Shown here piece after piece: positions 63,239-64,000 of a stretch of 64,000 nucleotides of DNA. Position numbers and translations under genes: made by a program. The notes under the pieces were generated by a model. That model had not been told where the DNA came from. It ran no database searches and saw only the letters and a list, made by a program, of their open reading frames with translations. The stretch is from Bacilli bacterium (GTDB taxonomy: Bacteria > Bacillota_I > Bacilli_A > RFN20 > CAG-826), in the NCBI GenBank assembly GCA_036657515.1, contig JAVXGI010000003.1, forward strand, positions 45-64,044, written 5' to 3'. Every line of letters begins with the position of its first letter. Within the stretch, counting starts at the first letter, position 1.

Positions 63239-63562
63239 ATGAAAATCAAAAAAGGCGATAAAGTAAAAGTCATCTCCGGTGCTGATAAAGGCAAGGAAGG
63301 AATTGTTCAAAAGGCATTCCCAAAGTTAAACAAAGTTGTTATTGAAGGTGTTAGTGTTCATAAAAAACACAAAAAACCAACACAACAAAATCCAGAAGGT
63401 TCAATCTTAGATATTTATACACCAATTGATGTTAGCAATGTTATGCTCATCGATCCTAAAACTAAGAAAGTTACCCGTGTTGGATATACATTTAAAACCG
63501 ATAAAGCAGGGAAGGTCAGCAAAGTTAGAATCGCTAAGAAATCTAACTCTGTTCTTGACTAA
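63239..63562 (+). CDS. rplX: 50S ribosomal protein L24
   Basis: [17 protein letters not shown] motif. Confidence 0.95.
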   Translation: MKIKKGDKVKVISGADKGKEGIVQKAFPKLNKVVIEGVSVHKKHKKPTQQNPEGSILDIYTPIDVSNVMLIDPKTKKVTRVGYTFKTDKAGKVSKVRIAKKSNSVLD

Positions 63563-63579
63563 GAAAGGAGCAAAAAGTA

Positions 63580-64000
63580 ATGGAAGAAATTAAATCAGAA
63601 GTTGTAAAAAAACCAGTTGCTGCTAAAGCTCCTGCTAAAAAAGCTGCACCAGTTGCTAAAGTTGCAGATTCTGCAGTTGAAGCAAAAAGTGCTCCAAAAA
63701 AACCAGCCGCTAAGAAAGTTGCTCCAAAAGCTGAAGCAGTTCAAACTGAAACAGTAAAAGGCGAAGCAAAAGTCAAAGCAAAAGAAGCTAAAGGTAATAA
63801 AGTTGCAGTTAACACAAATCGTCTAGAAGCAAAATTTAAAGGTGAAGTAAGCAAAGCCATGGTTGAAAAATTTAATTATAAATCAATTATGCAAGTTCCA
63901 CACCTTGAAAAAGTTGTTATCAATATCGGTGTCGGTGAAGCAGCAAATAATCCAAAAGTATTAGATGAAGCAGTTAGTGAATTAGCTATTATTACAGGAC
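63580..64000 (+). CDS. rplE: 50S ribosomal protein L5 (partial at window end) with ~75-aa Ala/Lys/Pro-rich N-terminal extension
   Basis: An ORF starts at 63580 with RBS AAGGAG and runs to the window end. The canonical L5 start ([11 protein letters not shown]...[18 protein letters not shown]) appears only after an AKKPAA-repeat low-complexity segment. Not in the ORF track because it is truncated. Confidence 0.8.
   Translation, partial: MEEIKSEVVKKPVAAKAPAKKAAPVAKVADSAVEAKSAPKKPAAKKVAPKAEAVQTETVKGEAKVKAKEAKGNKVAVNTNRLEAKFKGEVSKAMVEKFNYKSIMQVPHLEKVVINIGVGEAANNPKVLDEAVSELAIITG

Overview
This is an AT-rich (~30% GC) chromosomal segment, most likely from an anaerobic Bacilli/Mollicutes-like (Erysipelotrichia / RF39 / Acholeplasma-like) bacterium. 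It uses the standard genetic code: many conserved genes end in TGA, and there is no sign of TGA read as Trp. Genes are densely packed, many are Cys-lipobox lipoproteins, and the window ends inside the S10 ribosomal-protein operon.

Core content, in order: a tRNA-Ile/Val/Thr cluster; a duplicated small-gene cassette; an esterase and tRNA-Leu; an orphan ATP-grasp; rex-adhE followed by an hfsABCD-like operon (ferredoxin, PAS-containing sensory [FeFe] hydrogenase, PP2C phosphatase, [FeFe] hydrogenase); cdd, an arginase-family gene and ung; a TPP riboswitch with a ThiT-like transporter; tsaE-tsaB-rimI-tsaD; asnS; pcrA-ligA-gatCAB; two tandem fused ABC ATPase/FtsX permeases; degV, galE and tRNA-Gln; queT-tgt-queA-queH; then rpsJ through rplE.

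The least-explained part is 3.4-7.4 kb. A strong promoter plus a 5' leader containing an 11-bp inverted repeat occurs twice, in front of two unrelated genes. A 117-aa acidic Cys-containing protein gene plus a 3' gene fragment is tandemly duplicated around a 473-aa secreted protein with a hydrophobic helical hairpin and an aromatic His-rich C-terminal domain. The fragment is shared with the 3' end of a downstream 127-aa gene. I read this as a candidate polymorphic secreted-effector / small-partner (immunity-like) cassette locus.

A second accessory patch follows tRNA-Gln (49.2-52.4 kb). It holds an XRE-HTH fused to a multi-TM domain, a DUF4258-like toxin-like ORF with a small acidic partner, and a 5'-truncated, frameshifted large serine recombinase, which together look like the remnant of an integrated element.

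Other unexplained elements are a GC-rich structured leader upstream of rpsJ, an SD-sequestering leader upstream of queT, a GC palindrome between rplW and rplB, and Lys/Ala-rich extensions on L22, L5 and S17.

No CRISPR array and no rRNA were found. All calls are from reading the sequence; no database searches were possible.
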